NCBI GenBank assembly: GCA_964016885.1
Contig: OZ024740.1
Location: forward strand, 276,520,001-276,584,000
From: Eledone cirrhosa
Lineage: Eukaryota
Direction: 5' to 3'
Length of the DNA stretch: 64,000 bases
Of the stretch, positions 45,659 through 59,459 are shown piece after piece. Under the pieces are notes generated by a model. The model had not been told where the DNA came from. It made no database searches and saw nothing but the letters and a program-made list of their open reading frames with translations. The stretch's first letter is position 1. Every line of letters begins with the position of its first letter. The position numbers were made by a program, and so were the translations under genes.

Positions 45659-47045
45659 CAGAGTAAATATATATATATTTATATATATATATATGTATAT
45701 ACAGAGTAAATATATATATATTTATAAAGACAACATAACAGTACCCTTGCAAACAATAACATTGACCTTCCAGGAAAGAAAATGACATATATGCTTTCAA
45801 AAATATATTGTCATTTTAACTTCCAAAACTTAAAACATTGATATCTTTTCTGAAAGTATGATATCTACAAACTATTTAGAAATGTAGAGCCCCTTTCCCT
45901 TTCTAAAATTCTTCTAAATATTATATTATCTTCTTTAATGTATTGCATAAATTATCTTAGCAATTAAATTCTTTGCTGAAAACTCATAGTCTTGTAAAAA
46001 TAGAGAATTGTTGATTGTTTACTTCTTCACATAAAATAGTATGTGTTGTTTCTATATCTTATAAATGTATAAGGTAGTGAAAGAATCTACATTAAATATA
46101 CATTCAAAAGCATTTACAGAATCATACACCAAACAGCAGATCTGTTTTAAAAACATAGAAGCTTTCAAAAGCTCCCGTTTTCTCTCTTACCATACTTACT
46201 AGGAAACTTTCCCTTATGAATTTTACAAAGAAGTAGCTTCCTGTTGGAATATGTTATAATTGTTTGGTAATTTAATTTAGACCTTTGGGATTTTAAAACA
46301 AAATAGCAAACTTGCTAAAATTAATTTTGTTTGTTTTTGTTTTTATTGTTGTTATTGTTTTTTCTGCTAAAGTTGATGTTTTTTCCTCAAAGAAAAAGTT
46401 AAAAAGAATATAATACACAGATTTATTTGTATTTTAGATATTTTGGTAGCATCTAGAGTTCACCTTCTCTAGGGAACTTAGATAGTATTTAAAATGGGTT
46501 TTTGAAAGTAATTTCATGGGTAAATAAAATACAATTAAAACAATAAATAAACAATAAATGATTGTTTGGAGTGGGGAAAAAATTAGGTAAATAAAAAATA
46601 GAGCAAATCTGAAAAGTACAAATGAAACTTGACTGAATGCCAAAATTAATTAAAAAAAAAAAAAATAGTAATAAGTTTTGGGAGCAGGACAGTGGGTGGT
46701 ACTGTGGACACACTTCCTAGCTTATGGAATTTATTCATCTTAATCTGGAAGTGGATCAACCCTTTTGACACCAAACTACCTGAAACCACTGCTGAATTTG
46801 TGATATTTGTTTTAAAGTATTTATGTTTATCTAAACACCTTCATTCATAATTATATGTAAAAACCATTGTTAAGTTATATACTAAACACTAGTTAAATAA
46901 TGAGAAAATTATATCACTAAATCCCTCCAAATTCCTGTATATTTTCAAAATTCGAAAAGCATATGCAGTGTTTCTTTTTAGAAATAATGTCATGAAAGGG
47001 GTAATGGAATGAAAATATAATGTGCGTAGTTATAAATATGTCTTT

Positions 47046-47230
47046 GGATTGGCAGTATCACTAGAGGGTCGGACGCCATGCTTAGCAGCAAAGAGTTACA
47101 ACCCTTTATGGTCTGAGTTCAAATCCCGCCGAAGTTAACCTTGCCTTTCATCCTTATGGGGTCGATAAAATAAAGCACCAGTAATGCACTGGGTAATTGC
47201 TGGCCTTGTGCCAAAAGTAGGAACAATTAT
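47046..47230 (+). mobile_element. SINE family A (further copies: 49140-49355 -, 50378-50596 +, 54721-54902 -, 59834-59997 -, 63784-64000 + older)
   Basis: Matches the family A consensus. Confidence 0.85.
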
Positions 47231-48392
47231 ATATGCTCCTGGAGGGTGGTGGTTTGGTGGAATTGTTAGGGAATCAGGCAAAAGGCTATGCTGTATTTAG
47301 TTACATCATTCTATGCTCTGAATTCAAATACTACCAAGGTTAGCTTTGCCTTTCCTCTCTATAGGGTCGATAAAATAAAGTACCAGTTACATACTGGAGT
47401 CAAATTAATCGACTTTCTCCTCTCCCCAAATGATAACTGTGTACTTGATAAAATATTTGACCATATGTAAGTGAGATGCAGACCCCTGAACCTGTCTGGG
47501 AGGTCAGTAGCCCTGCTTCAGTACTGACTTGGTCTATGTAGACCCATAGATCCCTTGCTAGCAGGGAAACTGGATGTTAAACGATGATGATGATGACGAC
47601 TGCTAATAATCTTAATTACACAATTAACTTTCAGGTGATAGGGCCAACATAGAATAACATTATTTAAGATGAATTAGAAAGTTAAATGAAAGTACCAATT
47701 GAAATGTAATTGTCATAGCTAACAAGATGTTTATTGCATGACTGCATGACATACACATTTATAGCCAATAGTACATTAGAGCTAATGATTATTATGTTTA
47801 TGTCCATAATAGTGGAGAGCCAGAATCAACTCACCCATCATGCTATCATTATCATTAAACTGAGTACTCTCCTACACAAATTTAATCCTTTAGCATTGAC
47901 ATTACACTATATTTACTATAGTATTTTTGTGGCAAAGGCTTTATCTTACAGAATTGTATCACAATATCGAATCTATGAGGTTTTGATATTTCTTTTGAGA
48001 ACAATACCTTATCAGCAGTCAGTTACAGCCAGTTTAAACAGAAAGAGGTGCAAGAATCCGGGTCGGATATGGCCGGTTTAAATGCTCAAGTGTTAATATT
48101 CAGGACAATAGATTGGCAGAATTGGTAGAGCATTTGATAAAATGGCATTTCATATTTGTTCAGACTCTTCACATTCTGAGTGCAAATTCCTCCAAGGTCA
48201 ACTTTGCCTTTTAATCTTTCAAAATTGATAAAATAAAGTACCTGTCAAGTACTAAGGTAGATTTAATTAATTTTGCCCTCCCACCAGATTTACTGGCCTT
48301 GTGCCTAATCTGGAATCAATATTTGATAATATTTTCAAAGTTTAAAATGGTAGTGTTGCTGCTGACGATGATAATGATTTAAGCTCTGAGAT

Positions 48393-48744
48393 CATAGTTT
48401 CCCAAACTTTTTCAAATGCAGAATTCTTTTTGGTTCAGAAACTTTTGGGGGAACCCCAAAGTCAAATACTGTTATATGGTCGTAATATAGATATACTCCT
48501 TTACCTTTTTTCATGGAACCCCAGACACTCCTTTGCAGAACCCTTGGGTGTCACCGAACCTACCATATTTCCCGGCTCCGAAGATGCTTCGTCCTCAAGA
48601 ACATACCCTAATTTTGACAACCAAAAAATAATTAAAAAAAAAACAACCTTCGGCCTCCAGGACGCATGGTAGATTTTTTAGACTTATTTTAGGGAAAAAG
48701 TAGCCTCTTCGACGCCGGAAAATACGGTACTTTGGGAATTACTG
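48393..48744. mobile_element. hAT-like MITE with a nested pogo/Tigger-like MITE (48561-48729)
   Basis: Outer catagtttcccaaac...tttgggaattactg; inner taccatatttcccggc...gccggaaaatacggta TIRs. Confidence 0.6.
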
Positions 48745-49564
48745 ACTTAGATATTAAGTAGAGGATGTCTAAGTATTGAGAAGATAAATAAATGCTTTCA
48801 GTGTAATTCTAAGGCTTGTGAGATGTTTACATAGTTCCATCTCTCTTCATGGTTTGTGATTTACTTGCATATATTTATGCCTGTCAGATTTATGAGTTGT
48901 ATGCATGGATCCTTGTGTCTCCTGATTTGGAAGTCAGAAGCACATTTCCTTGTGTCTCCTAGTTTGTGAATTGCACATACATTTCTCCGTGTCTTTGAAT
49001 TTGGGAATTAAATACACATTTCCATAATATTGGCTAAGAAGTGTAGGATTCAAAGTTGAGACTAAAGGATTCTTGATTTTAGCACAAAATCGAAGCTCTT
49101 CCATAAGAAATAACCAAAAGCACATAAAGAATCTTTATAATGGTTTCAGATTTAGACACAAGGCCAGCAATTTTGGGGGAGGGGAAAGTTGATTAAAGTG
49201 ATCCCAGTGTGTGACTGGTACTTTATTTTATCGACCTCTTAAGAAGCAAAGGCAAAGCTTCACCTCGGTGGGATTTGAACTCAGAACGTAAAGGGCGGTA
49301 ACTCTATGTCACAAAGCATGTCCGACGCTCTATCAATACAGCCAATCTACCACCCTTAGAAGAATCTATATAATGTGTGGAGACGAGGAAAAACAATTAA
49401 CTATATTTTCTGGTAAACTGGTCTAGCTAAGAGAGCATATTTCTACAGAGTTGGGATTTACATACACTGGAAGTTATTCCAGCATTATAAAATATCGATA
49501 AAATAAAGTACCAGTATTGTACTGGGTAATTGATGGCCTTGTGCCTAAAGTAGAAACAATTATA

Positions 49565-49980
49565 AAATATCGAAAGAAAAAAAGGAATACACCAGACAAG
49601 GTCTCAGAGAATGACAAAGCAACTATTCTTTGTGATATGTTAATACACACAGACAGAGAAATAGGGAGATCAAGGGAAAAGGACCAAATATTTTTGTTAA
49701 AGTCTACAAGGAAATGAAATGCCTCCTAATTGATGTGCCTGTCCCAATACATGCTACTGTATTTCTCAATGAAATAGTGAATTATCAAAATACAATGATC
49801 TGGGACTAGAGATAATCTGAATGTAGGCATTGAAAACAGAAACAATCCCTATAATAATAGGTGCATTAAGAAAGATAAAACAATTATTTAAACAAATACA
49901 TAAATAAAACCCAGGACTTACAAATATGTATATCATACAGAAAATAGCAACAATGGACACTGCATATATATATTATGTAA
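49565..49980 (+). mobile_element. Decayed R4/Dong/NeSL-like non-LTR retrotransposon fragment (REL endonuclease region)
   Basis: PDKVSENDKATILCDMLIHTDREI; CLLIDVPVP; ELSKYNDL; TIPIIIGAL across frames. Confidence 0.7.
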
Positions 49981-51120
49981 AGGGATTTCAATGCAATAAT
50001 AAAATAAAACACTAAAATGTGATAATGTGTTTATGTATGGACCCGTAACTTCTGAGGGAGTCGTAGGGGCACCGGATTAACATACATCGTTTCTAGGGCA
50101 TTATTTAAAACCCGGTGGAGCCCATATTCTCCTTATTTATGACATTAGATCTATAATCATCATAGATTTAGACATTCTTTCTGAACACTGCCATAACATA
50201 ACCTGACGATGTGCAATGTTTCTGCTTTTATCTTAGCCCTCCTACATAAAATGGCCATGAGCAGAGTCCGACTCCCGCTAAAGAGCTACTGTCGTGTTTA
50301 GAGCTTGCTTGCGTTTGGTAGTGGAGAACGTTATAGTGTAGGACATTCTTTTTCATGGTATTATTAATGGAAGCATAAGGGCGGTGGATTGGCAGTATCG
50401 GTAGAGGGTCGGACGCCATGCTTTGCAGCATAGAGTTACGGCCCTTTATGATCTGAGTTCAAATCCCGTCGAGATTAACTTTGCTTTTCATCCTTACGGG
50501 GTCGATAAAATAAAGCACCAGTAATGTACTGGGTCGATTTAATCGACTCCCCCCTCCCCCAAAGTACTGCCCTTGTGCCTATGTAAGAAATCATTATTAA
50601 TAATAATAAAAAAATAATTTAAGTTAAAAGAGTGACTGAAGAAATGTAATGTTAACTATATATTGCAATTGCAATTTGAAAGAAAGAGTAAATATGAGCA
50701 CCAACTGATTTCTAAACATGCGTACTGAGTGTCAAATTCGAGTTTGAGAAGATATCAATACATAAACAAAGTGTAGAGATCGAAAATTAAGATTAACTGA
50801 AAGAATAGTTTATAGATAGAGGGGGAGAGAGAAAAAGCCGGAGAAAAATGAATGATAAACAATGAAAGAGAGAGAAAAGAAGAAGAGTGGAGTAAAATGT
50901 AACAAAGAGTAAGCAGAAGTGATGATGGCAGAGTGGACTTTGTAATTGTGCAGACTTGTCAACTCTACCCGTCCGACGTGGATATCTCCCATCCACTTTT
51001 GGGTGGGTGATAGATGTCTTCTCTTGTGAAAATGGGTATAACTTTCGTTATGTAAAATTTCCCCATTTAAAAAGCCTGGCAGGTCCGAATTGTGGTACAT
51101 TTATTATACATTTGTCTACA

Positions 51121-51214
<94 letters not shown>

Positions 51215-51217
<3 letters not shown>

Positions 51218-53019
51218 TCTCTTAGATTTACGCCCTACCCCTTACCCCAGCACTACCACTCTTCTCCGTCTGGCTGAGCTTGTTCTCACCCTTAATGGAT
51301 TTTCTTTTTCGGGTGAATTTTACCAGCAGGTCTCTGGGGGTAGCGATGGGAACCAGAATGGGTCCAAACTATGCCAACTTGTTTGTTGGCTACGTCGAAA
51401 CCCAGATCTTCTCTCAGTACACTGGACCGACTCCTGAGCTATACGGTCGTTATATCGACCACTGTATCAGCGCCACCTCTCTATCACGAGAGCAACTCGA
51501 CTGTTTTCTTTCTTTTGTCCTATCTTTCCATCCTGCTCTCAATTTCACCGCCTCCGTCTCCGATTCTTCTGCCGCTTTTCTAGATATCTCTCTATCTATT
51601 AATCTCTCTCACCACACCCTCTCTACTTCCATCTTCATTAAACCAACAGACTCCCAGTCTTACCTCGACTTCACCTCCTCCAATCCAACCCACACCAAAC
51701 ACTCCGTACCCTATTCCCAATTCCTCCGTCTTCGTCGACTCTGTGGCCAGGACGACGATTTCGAAACCCATTCCCTTCACATGGCTTCCTGCTTCATCCA
51801 GCGTGCATATCCCCCCAACTTGATCCAAGCTGCTCTCACCCTCGCCCGTGAAACAGACCGCACCACAGCCCTCTCACCTCACTCCGCCCTCCCAACACCC
51901 GTGTTCCTTTCCCTCTCACCTACCACCCCAACATCCTACCACTCCGGCGACATATCCTCCGTTCCTTCCGTATCCTCTCTTCTGACGCCGTCACTTCTCG
52001 CTTTTTAACAAACCCACCCATTACTGCTTTTAAGCGCGCCCGCAACCTCCGCGACCTCCTGGTTCGCAGTTCCTTTTCGTCCTCTCTCACGACTCCACCC
52101 GGCTCTCATCCTTGTTCCCGTTCCCGCTGCAACACTTGTCCCTTTATTTCCACCCTCACCACTCTTACAGGCCCTAATGGGTCTTTCCGTATCCGCCACT
52201 CTTTCACCTGCACATCCACCCACGTTATCTATGCCCCCCGGTGTTCCCTTTGCGTGTCTTTATATATCGGACAAACGGGACGCCGTATGGCGGACCGTTT
52301 TGCTGAACATTTGAGGGACATCAAACTCAGTTTGGATACCTCTTTCGCCCGTCATTTCTGTTCTCCTGGTCATTCTTCCCTACATGTTTCAGTCCTGGGG
52401 GTCCTTTTACATCATGGATCACAGGCCTCGGGCACCAGGACTGAACAAAGTCTGATTCACCACCTTGGGTCCTATTCCCCTCTTGGACTCAACTCACCTC
52501 CCCAATTTCTCTAATACCCCGTCCATTATCACACCTCTAGATTCCTATCGCTTTCTCTTGATCATTAGCAGCTTCTCTTACAACTAATACATGCCGATAC
52601 ACACCCTTATATTAACATACTTTTGCTCATAGCTTCGTACTTACATGCACACACACTCTTTTACTCACATATACACACACATTTCTTCTTAGCTTCGTAC
52701 CGACCTATAATAACACACACACAGACACATACACAAACACATGCTTACGCACGTGCTCAAGTATAGCTCTTTTTACAAAACGTTTTTTTTCCCATTTCAG
52801 GTAGACGCGCTCCATCATCCACTTTTCTAAAAAAACAAATCATACACAAAACCCCATCCCGCCCGTCCCCTCAATCTATTTTATTTCTCTCATTCTTTCT
52901 TCTGATGAAGGACTAGCGTCCGAAACGTGAAGACCCTCTTCCTGTTATATCAAGCGTTAACCTAATATATCCCTTCCATATACTGTACCGATTGTGTTGT
53001 TATTTCTGTTTACCTTTTG

Positions 53020-53020
<1 letters not shown>
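51215..53020 (+). mobile_element. 5'-truncated Penelope-like element (RT + GIY-YIG, frameshifted) with 3' hammerhead-like motif
   Basis: LVLTLNGFSF..GVAMGTRMGPNYANLFVG..RYIDH..FLDI (RT) and LYIGQTGRRMADRFAEH..PLGLN (GIY-YIG). Starts directly after (CA)n. CTGATGAAGGACTAGCGTCCGAAACGT at 52902-52928. Confidence 0.92.
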
Positions 53021-53057
<37 letters not shown>

Positions 53058-53059
<2 letters not shown>

Positions 53060-53405
53060 GTTGTCTCCTGATATTCGCAGGGGTTATGTTCCTAGACCAC
53101 CCCGCGAAGAGCAAACAACTGCGAATATTATACGTGGTCCATAAATGACTGTACACGTGAAAACATAACGTAAAATGTAATAAAAAAAAAGAGGGACCTT
53201 CTTATGCGAAGGGGCTTCCAATAGGCCGGCAAATACGGTATATTGTTACTAATAGTTTAGCGTTAGAAACATATATATATTGCCACGAAAAAAGCCATTG
53301 AAAATCGGGGAAGATAATTACATTTCCGCGAATATGCGTTGGTTTCCACGAACATTTATTAGTTAGGCTCTAATGAAAATCCCGCGACTAACCGGGGTAT
53401 CACTA
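53058..53405. mobile_element. pogo/Tigger-like MITE
   Basis: Imperfect TIRs cagttgtctcctgatattcgc / cgcgactaaccggggtatcacta in a TA context. Confidence 0.5.
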
Positions 53406-53441
53406 TATATATATATGCTTAAACTTTAATCTGTTATTTTA

Positions 53442-53478
<37 letters not shown>

Positions 53479-53750
53479 AAAATAGTCAGGACCCCGACGG
53501 GTGAGCTCCGGCCGTTTCGGCAGCTAGATCCGAACAGTTCGGATCTAGTTGTCAAAACGGTCGGAGCTCAGCCGTCGGGATCCTGATTATTTTTCTATTA
53601 CCCACTCTACTACCCTAAGTATCGAGTACTCTAGATGTGGTCCACCTGGTTCCTTACCACATTTTTTCTGGCATTCCAAAGCAAGAGCGTGAAACTAATA
53701 AACCTTTGTTCGTACTGCTTCTCTGTTTTTATTCCCGTTCCAGTTTTCAC

Positions 53751-53844
<94 letters not shown>

Positions 53845-54374
53845 GACACGTCGTATAATGTGTGAATGTGTGTAAAAGTATTATATAAACATAGTCAAAT
53901 GGATGTTTTTATTGAGATTTTCATGCATGTACAATATATGTATAAAGAGAGCCATAGACATTTTTATCACTCATACGAAAAATTCCCTCCACAAATAGAA
54001 GTTTTATATGACTTTTCTCGCAAATCTTTCACTCTTTCTCTCATGTTGCTCCATCTCTATTCTCGCCCTCACAATCCCTCTTCCCTTTGGTTATCATTTC
54101 ATTCCTCGTTCTATATCTGTTTCTCTCCTTCTCGTGCTAAGAATAATTTTATGTAATGTTCATAAGTACTATTTTAAACCGCTGCATGTAAGAGACATCA
54201 AGCAGCTGCTAAAATTATATTAATCAACTCATTGAAAAGTTAATTTTGGAAAGTTAACTTTGGCTGTGTGATTGCCTTTATATGTTTATGTAAGTGTGTG
54301 TGCGCGTGCGCATGCATGCATTTATATATGTGTTTATATATATATGTATGTGTATATATATATGTATGTATGTG

Positions 54375-54405
<31 letters not shown>

Positions 54406-54563
54406 AATGTGTGCGTATATATATATATAATGTGTCCATTTGTATATATATGTACGTCAATACTCATCTTCTTCCATTTCTCCGAGGGTTCTTAACCCCA
54501 CTATCAGGCTAAATAATTTCTTTAATTTCTTTAGTCAAAATACGGCGATAACTTACATTTCTA

Positions 54564-54604
<41 letters not shown>

Positions 54605-54663
54605 CATACAATCACACACATACTCATGTATATAATAAATATATAATATAATATTATACATAG

Positions 54664-54723
<60 letters not shown>

Positions 54724-54914
54724 GTTTCTACTTTTGGCACAAGGCCAGCAATTAACTTGTGCATTACTGGTACTTTATTTTATCGACCCCGTAAGGATGA
54801 AAGGTAAAGTTAACCTCGGCGGGATTTGAACTCAGAATGGAAAGGGACGTAACTATGCTGGAAAGCATGGCGTCCGACTCTCTACCTATACTGCCAATCC
54901 ACAATGTGTATATG

Positions 54915-55819
54915 TCTGTAAGGGTACTGATGTTTTATTTAAATGTATATTAGAGGTACATGAAATTACAAGTTATCTCTTTCAAAGCACAATCCTTGGG
55001 AAGTCACCCAGGGGTGCCGACGTTTTGTCCATTGATTGTAGCAGTACTGGAAATCCTTTTCTGTGAGTGTCCTTAGCTCGATGGGTACAATTTTTTGTAT
55101 GTTTTCTACAGTTCCAAAATGATCATACTTCAACTTCGATTTCAACTTAAGGAGCAGGTAGCAATCACATGTAGGTTTGTTTGGGCTGTAGAGAGGACGT
55201 GGAAGATTGGGAATGTTGCTCTCCTCCGGGATTTCTCAAATTGAATGTGCTCTTTATAGGCAGTAGTTTTGCACAAAATGTTCGCTTATGCAAATGGTCT
55301 GTTAAAATTCTGTGAACTGCATTTTCAACCAAGCCCGTTTCTTCTGCAATCATCTTAATATTTAAACGGCGATCTTTCGCCATCAAAGCTCGCAACACTT
55401 CCACATTTTGTTTATTTGTTGACGGCAATTGGCGTTCCAGAACGAGGTTTGTTTTCAATATTTTCTCGACTCTCTTTGAAAGCTGTGGGCCACCTTAAAA
55501 AAAAAACTTACTTCTCGATGGAGTGGCATCTCCTTAAGCTTGTGTTAAATAAATGTTTTGGTGACAGATTTGGTGAGTTCCACACAAAATTTGATAGCGT
55601 ACAGTCGTTAGATATTTTCTTGTATCGAAAGCGTATTAGATGTTATAAACATGTCTGTCATAAGCAGCAATAACTCACGACTGATTCAATCGATCATATT
55701 GAAACAAGTATGTCCATGCGGCCAAGGCCATAACGAATGCACTTATATACATAAACGAGGTGCTGCAATAGAATGTCATACATAGGGAAATAAGTACGAT
55801 TACTTTTGGGACAAACCTT

Positions 55820-55821
<2 letters not shown>
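54915..55821 (-). mobile_element. Decayed mariner transposon
   Basis: TIR-like tacaaggtttgtcccaaaagtaatcg at the right end. DRRLNIKMIAEETG (HTH); C-terminus FGTVENIQK...CYNQW...SQGLCFERD. Confidence 0.75.
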
Positions 55822-55904
<83 letters not shown>

Positions 55905-55955
55905 CATACACACACACACGCACACACACGCACACACACGCGCACACACGCGCAC

Positions 55956-56060
<105 letters not shown>

Positions 56061-56301
56061 TATATACATATGTAATCAACATGATATGAAATGATTAGGT
56101 GCGATAATTGTGTAAAAAGTTTTGTAAAATTGTAGGCATTTCAAACGTGAAAATAGCTGTGATGATGAATAGCAAAGAGTCGGGTTAAGACAAAACGGAA
56201 GAATGGACAGAGAAGAAGAGAGAGGGGGAGAGAGGGGGAGAGAGGGAGGGAGAGAGAGAGAATGAAAAGAATATAGTGTATAGCCACTGATGAGAGATGT
56301 A

Positions 56302-56363
<62 letters not shown>

Positions 56364-56374
<11 letters not shown>

Positions 56375-57590
56375 AAGATAGACATAGAATATTCGAAAAT
56401 ATTCTGTATGTTTATAATAAACATTTTGAAGACCTAATCGCTATAGAATAGAATACGTCACGTATTACAATTAGATTCTCGATAAAAGCAAGGGAAGTAA
56501 CCTACGCGTTTCATTCTTATTAGAAATCTTCAGGATTACATATCCAGTGCTTTTATCGAGAATGACACAGCTAGAGACTTATAGAATACTTAGCTGTGTA
56601 CAGGAACTGGTTTGAAAGAGCGGTTGCCGGTCCGGCAGAAATTAGAAATTGGAATAAATGCTCTGAAATAGCGATATATATGTGAAGATAGACATAGAAT
56701 ATTCGAAAATATTCTGTATGTTTATAATAAACATTTTGAAGACCTAATCGCTATAGAATAGAATACGTCACGTATTACAATTAGATTCTCGATAAAAGCA
56801 AGGGAAGTAACCTACGCGTTTCATTCTTATTAGAAATCTTCAGGATTACATATCCAGTGCTTTTATCGAGAATGACACAGCTAGAGACTTATAGAATACT
56901 TAGCTGTGTACAGGAACTGGTTTGAAAGAGCGGTTGCCGGTCCGGCAGAAATTAGAAATTGGAATAAATGCTCTGAAATAGCGATATATATGTGAAGATA
57001 GACATAGAATATTCGAAAATATTCTGTATGTTTATAATAAACATTTTGAAGACCTAATCGCTATAGAATAGAATACGTCACGTATTACAATTAGATTCTC
57101 GATAAAAGCAAGGGAAGTAACCTACGCGTTTCATTCTTATTAGAAATCTTCAGGATTACATATCCAGTGCTTTTATCGAGAATGACACAGCTAGAGACTT
57201 ATAGAATACTTAGCTGTGTACAGGAACTGGTTTGAAAGAGCGGTTGCCGGTCCGGCAGAAATTAGAAATTGGAATAAATGCTCTGAAATAGCGATATATA
57301 TGTGAAGATAGACATAGAATATTCGAAAATATTCTGTATGTTTATAATAAACATTTTGAAGACCTAATCGCTATAGAATAGAATACGTCACGTATTACAA
57401 TTAGATTCTCGATAAAAGCAAGGGAAGTAACCTACGCGTTTCATTCTTATTAGAAATCTTCAGGATTACAAATCCAGTGCTTTTATCGAGAATGACACAG
57501 CTAGAGACTTATAGAATACTTAGCTGTGTACAGGAACTGGTTTGAAAGAGCGGTTGCCGGTCCGGCAGAAATTAGAAATTGGAATAAATG
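56364..57590 (-). repeat. Tandem array of 310-bp units (~3.95 copies), each with a type-I hammerhead ribozyme: non-LTR retrozyme-like
   Basis: tgtgaagata recurs at 56371, 56681, 56991 and 57301. I see only one substitution among units (57471). Ribozyme core on the - strand in every unit. Confidence 0.9.
56475..56563 (-). ncRNA. Type-I hammerhead ribozyme, unit 1 (repeats at +310, +620, +930)
   Basis: Minus strand reads GTAATC-CTGAAGA-TTTCT-AATA-AGAAT-GAA-ACGCGT-A-GGTTAC. Stem I is extended by a 16-bp helix ATTCTCGATAAAAGCA/TGCTTTTATCGAGAAT. GUA cleavage predicted between 56503 and 56502. Confidence 0.85.
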
Positions 57591-57918
57591 TGTTTCTACT
57601 GCTCTCTCGTTTTGTTTTCTCTATCTACATGCATCACACCAACATAAACTTTGATTCGTTTGCGTGGGCTAACCTTAAATACATGATACTTCCTTTCTCC
57701 ACACAAAATCACGTGGCTAGAAGGGAGCTGTTGAGGTCACGACAAAAAGCACCCGGCACACACTGTAAACGTGGTTGGCATTAAGAAGGGCATCCAGCAG
57801 TAGAAACCAAAGCCAAAATCAGCCCTGTGTGTGCGAAACATGGTCCTCACAAAGGGACTGCCTGTTCTACCCAGGCTACCGTGGAAAATAAACGTTAATC
57901 GATGACGGCACACACAGA

Positions 57919-58060
<142 letters not shown>

Positions 58061-58124
58061 TACGAGCATGCATAAACACAAACATAAATTCATACACACA
58101 CAGACATATGCCCCCTCCCCTCTT

Positions 58125-58158
<34 letters not shown>

Positions 58159-58562
58159 CATTATTCAACCTTTGATCAAATTGGATCACATCAAAGAAAA
58201 TGCCAATGAATGCATCGTTGCGTCTTCAGAAAACTATACACAATTGTATGGCAAAACAACAAATGAATGATATTCATCAAACACCTACTAGAAAATCATA
58301 TGGCAGTTGCCTGTTTCAACTATTTAAGTCTCATCAGTAATAGCCTGCAGTTATAACAATTTCCACATGTAACCTGTGTCTAAGCTGGCTAAAGAGTCTA
58401 ATGTCAGTGTCTAACTTTAGCAAGACTTGTAACAATTATTATACAGAATAATTCTCATGCTGTTGAATTAAATATAGTTTCATAATACTACAAATATCAC
58501 TGCATCTGTCTGTATTAATCATCCGAAACCAACCTCACCCAAGTGAAATTCCAAACACGCAT

Positions 58563-58662
<100 letters not shown>

Positions 58663-58759
58663 TTATATAAATGTATATAGTTATATATATATAAATGTAT
58701 ATTTATATAATATTTATATAAATGTATATAGTTATATATATATATATAGCGGCGATAAA

Positions 58760-58951
58760 TTAGTTTAGCGAGGTTTTTTTTATATGAAATCGTGTGTCGA
58801 AACAAATATTGTTATACTTGGGGTGGGTCATATTTGTGTAATATTGCCAGAATTAATAACAGAACACACTCACTGATTGGTTGGTTTGTTGAGTGTGTTC
58901 TGTTATTAATTCTGGCAATATTACACAAATATGACCCTCCCCAAGTATAAC
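58760..58951. mobile_element. Fold-back element, same family as 2609-3100
   Basis: Near-identical 5' part; arms 58811-58872 and 58890-58951. Confidence 0.8.
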
Positions 58952-58962
58952 TATATATATAT

Positions 58963-59062
<100 letters not shown>

Positions 59063-59068
59063 TTATAT

Positions 59069-59126
<58 letters not shown>

Positions 59127-59459
59127 TTATATAAATGTATATATATATGTATATATATATGTATATATATATATATACAAATATAAATATAAATATAAAT
59201 ATAAATATAATATATATATATATCTATATATATCACCACTCTAGAGTTTGCTGGAAGGATATCAATACTTACGTTATCTCTTATATATCTTATACAAGAT
59301 ATCAAGCAGGATATGCTCTATGTGAATTATCTAGGATATCAAATGTTTATCAAATGACTATTTCATGCCAATTAATGATAAGTTACTTAAGTTACTTACT
59401 ACTAGGGAATACCCATTCCCCATCATTGGATGGTATAGTAATACTTATAGTTAAATATA

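Noticed and set aside
56364-57590. CRISPR array or plain satellite interpretation
   Set aside because: No unique spacers and a eukaryotic context. The ribozyme in every unit argues against a simple satellite.
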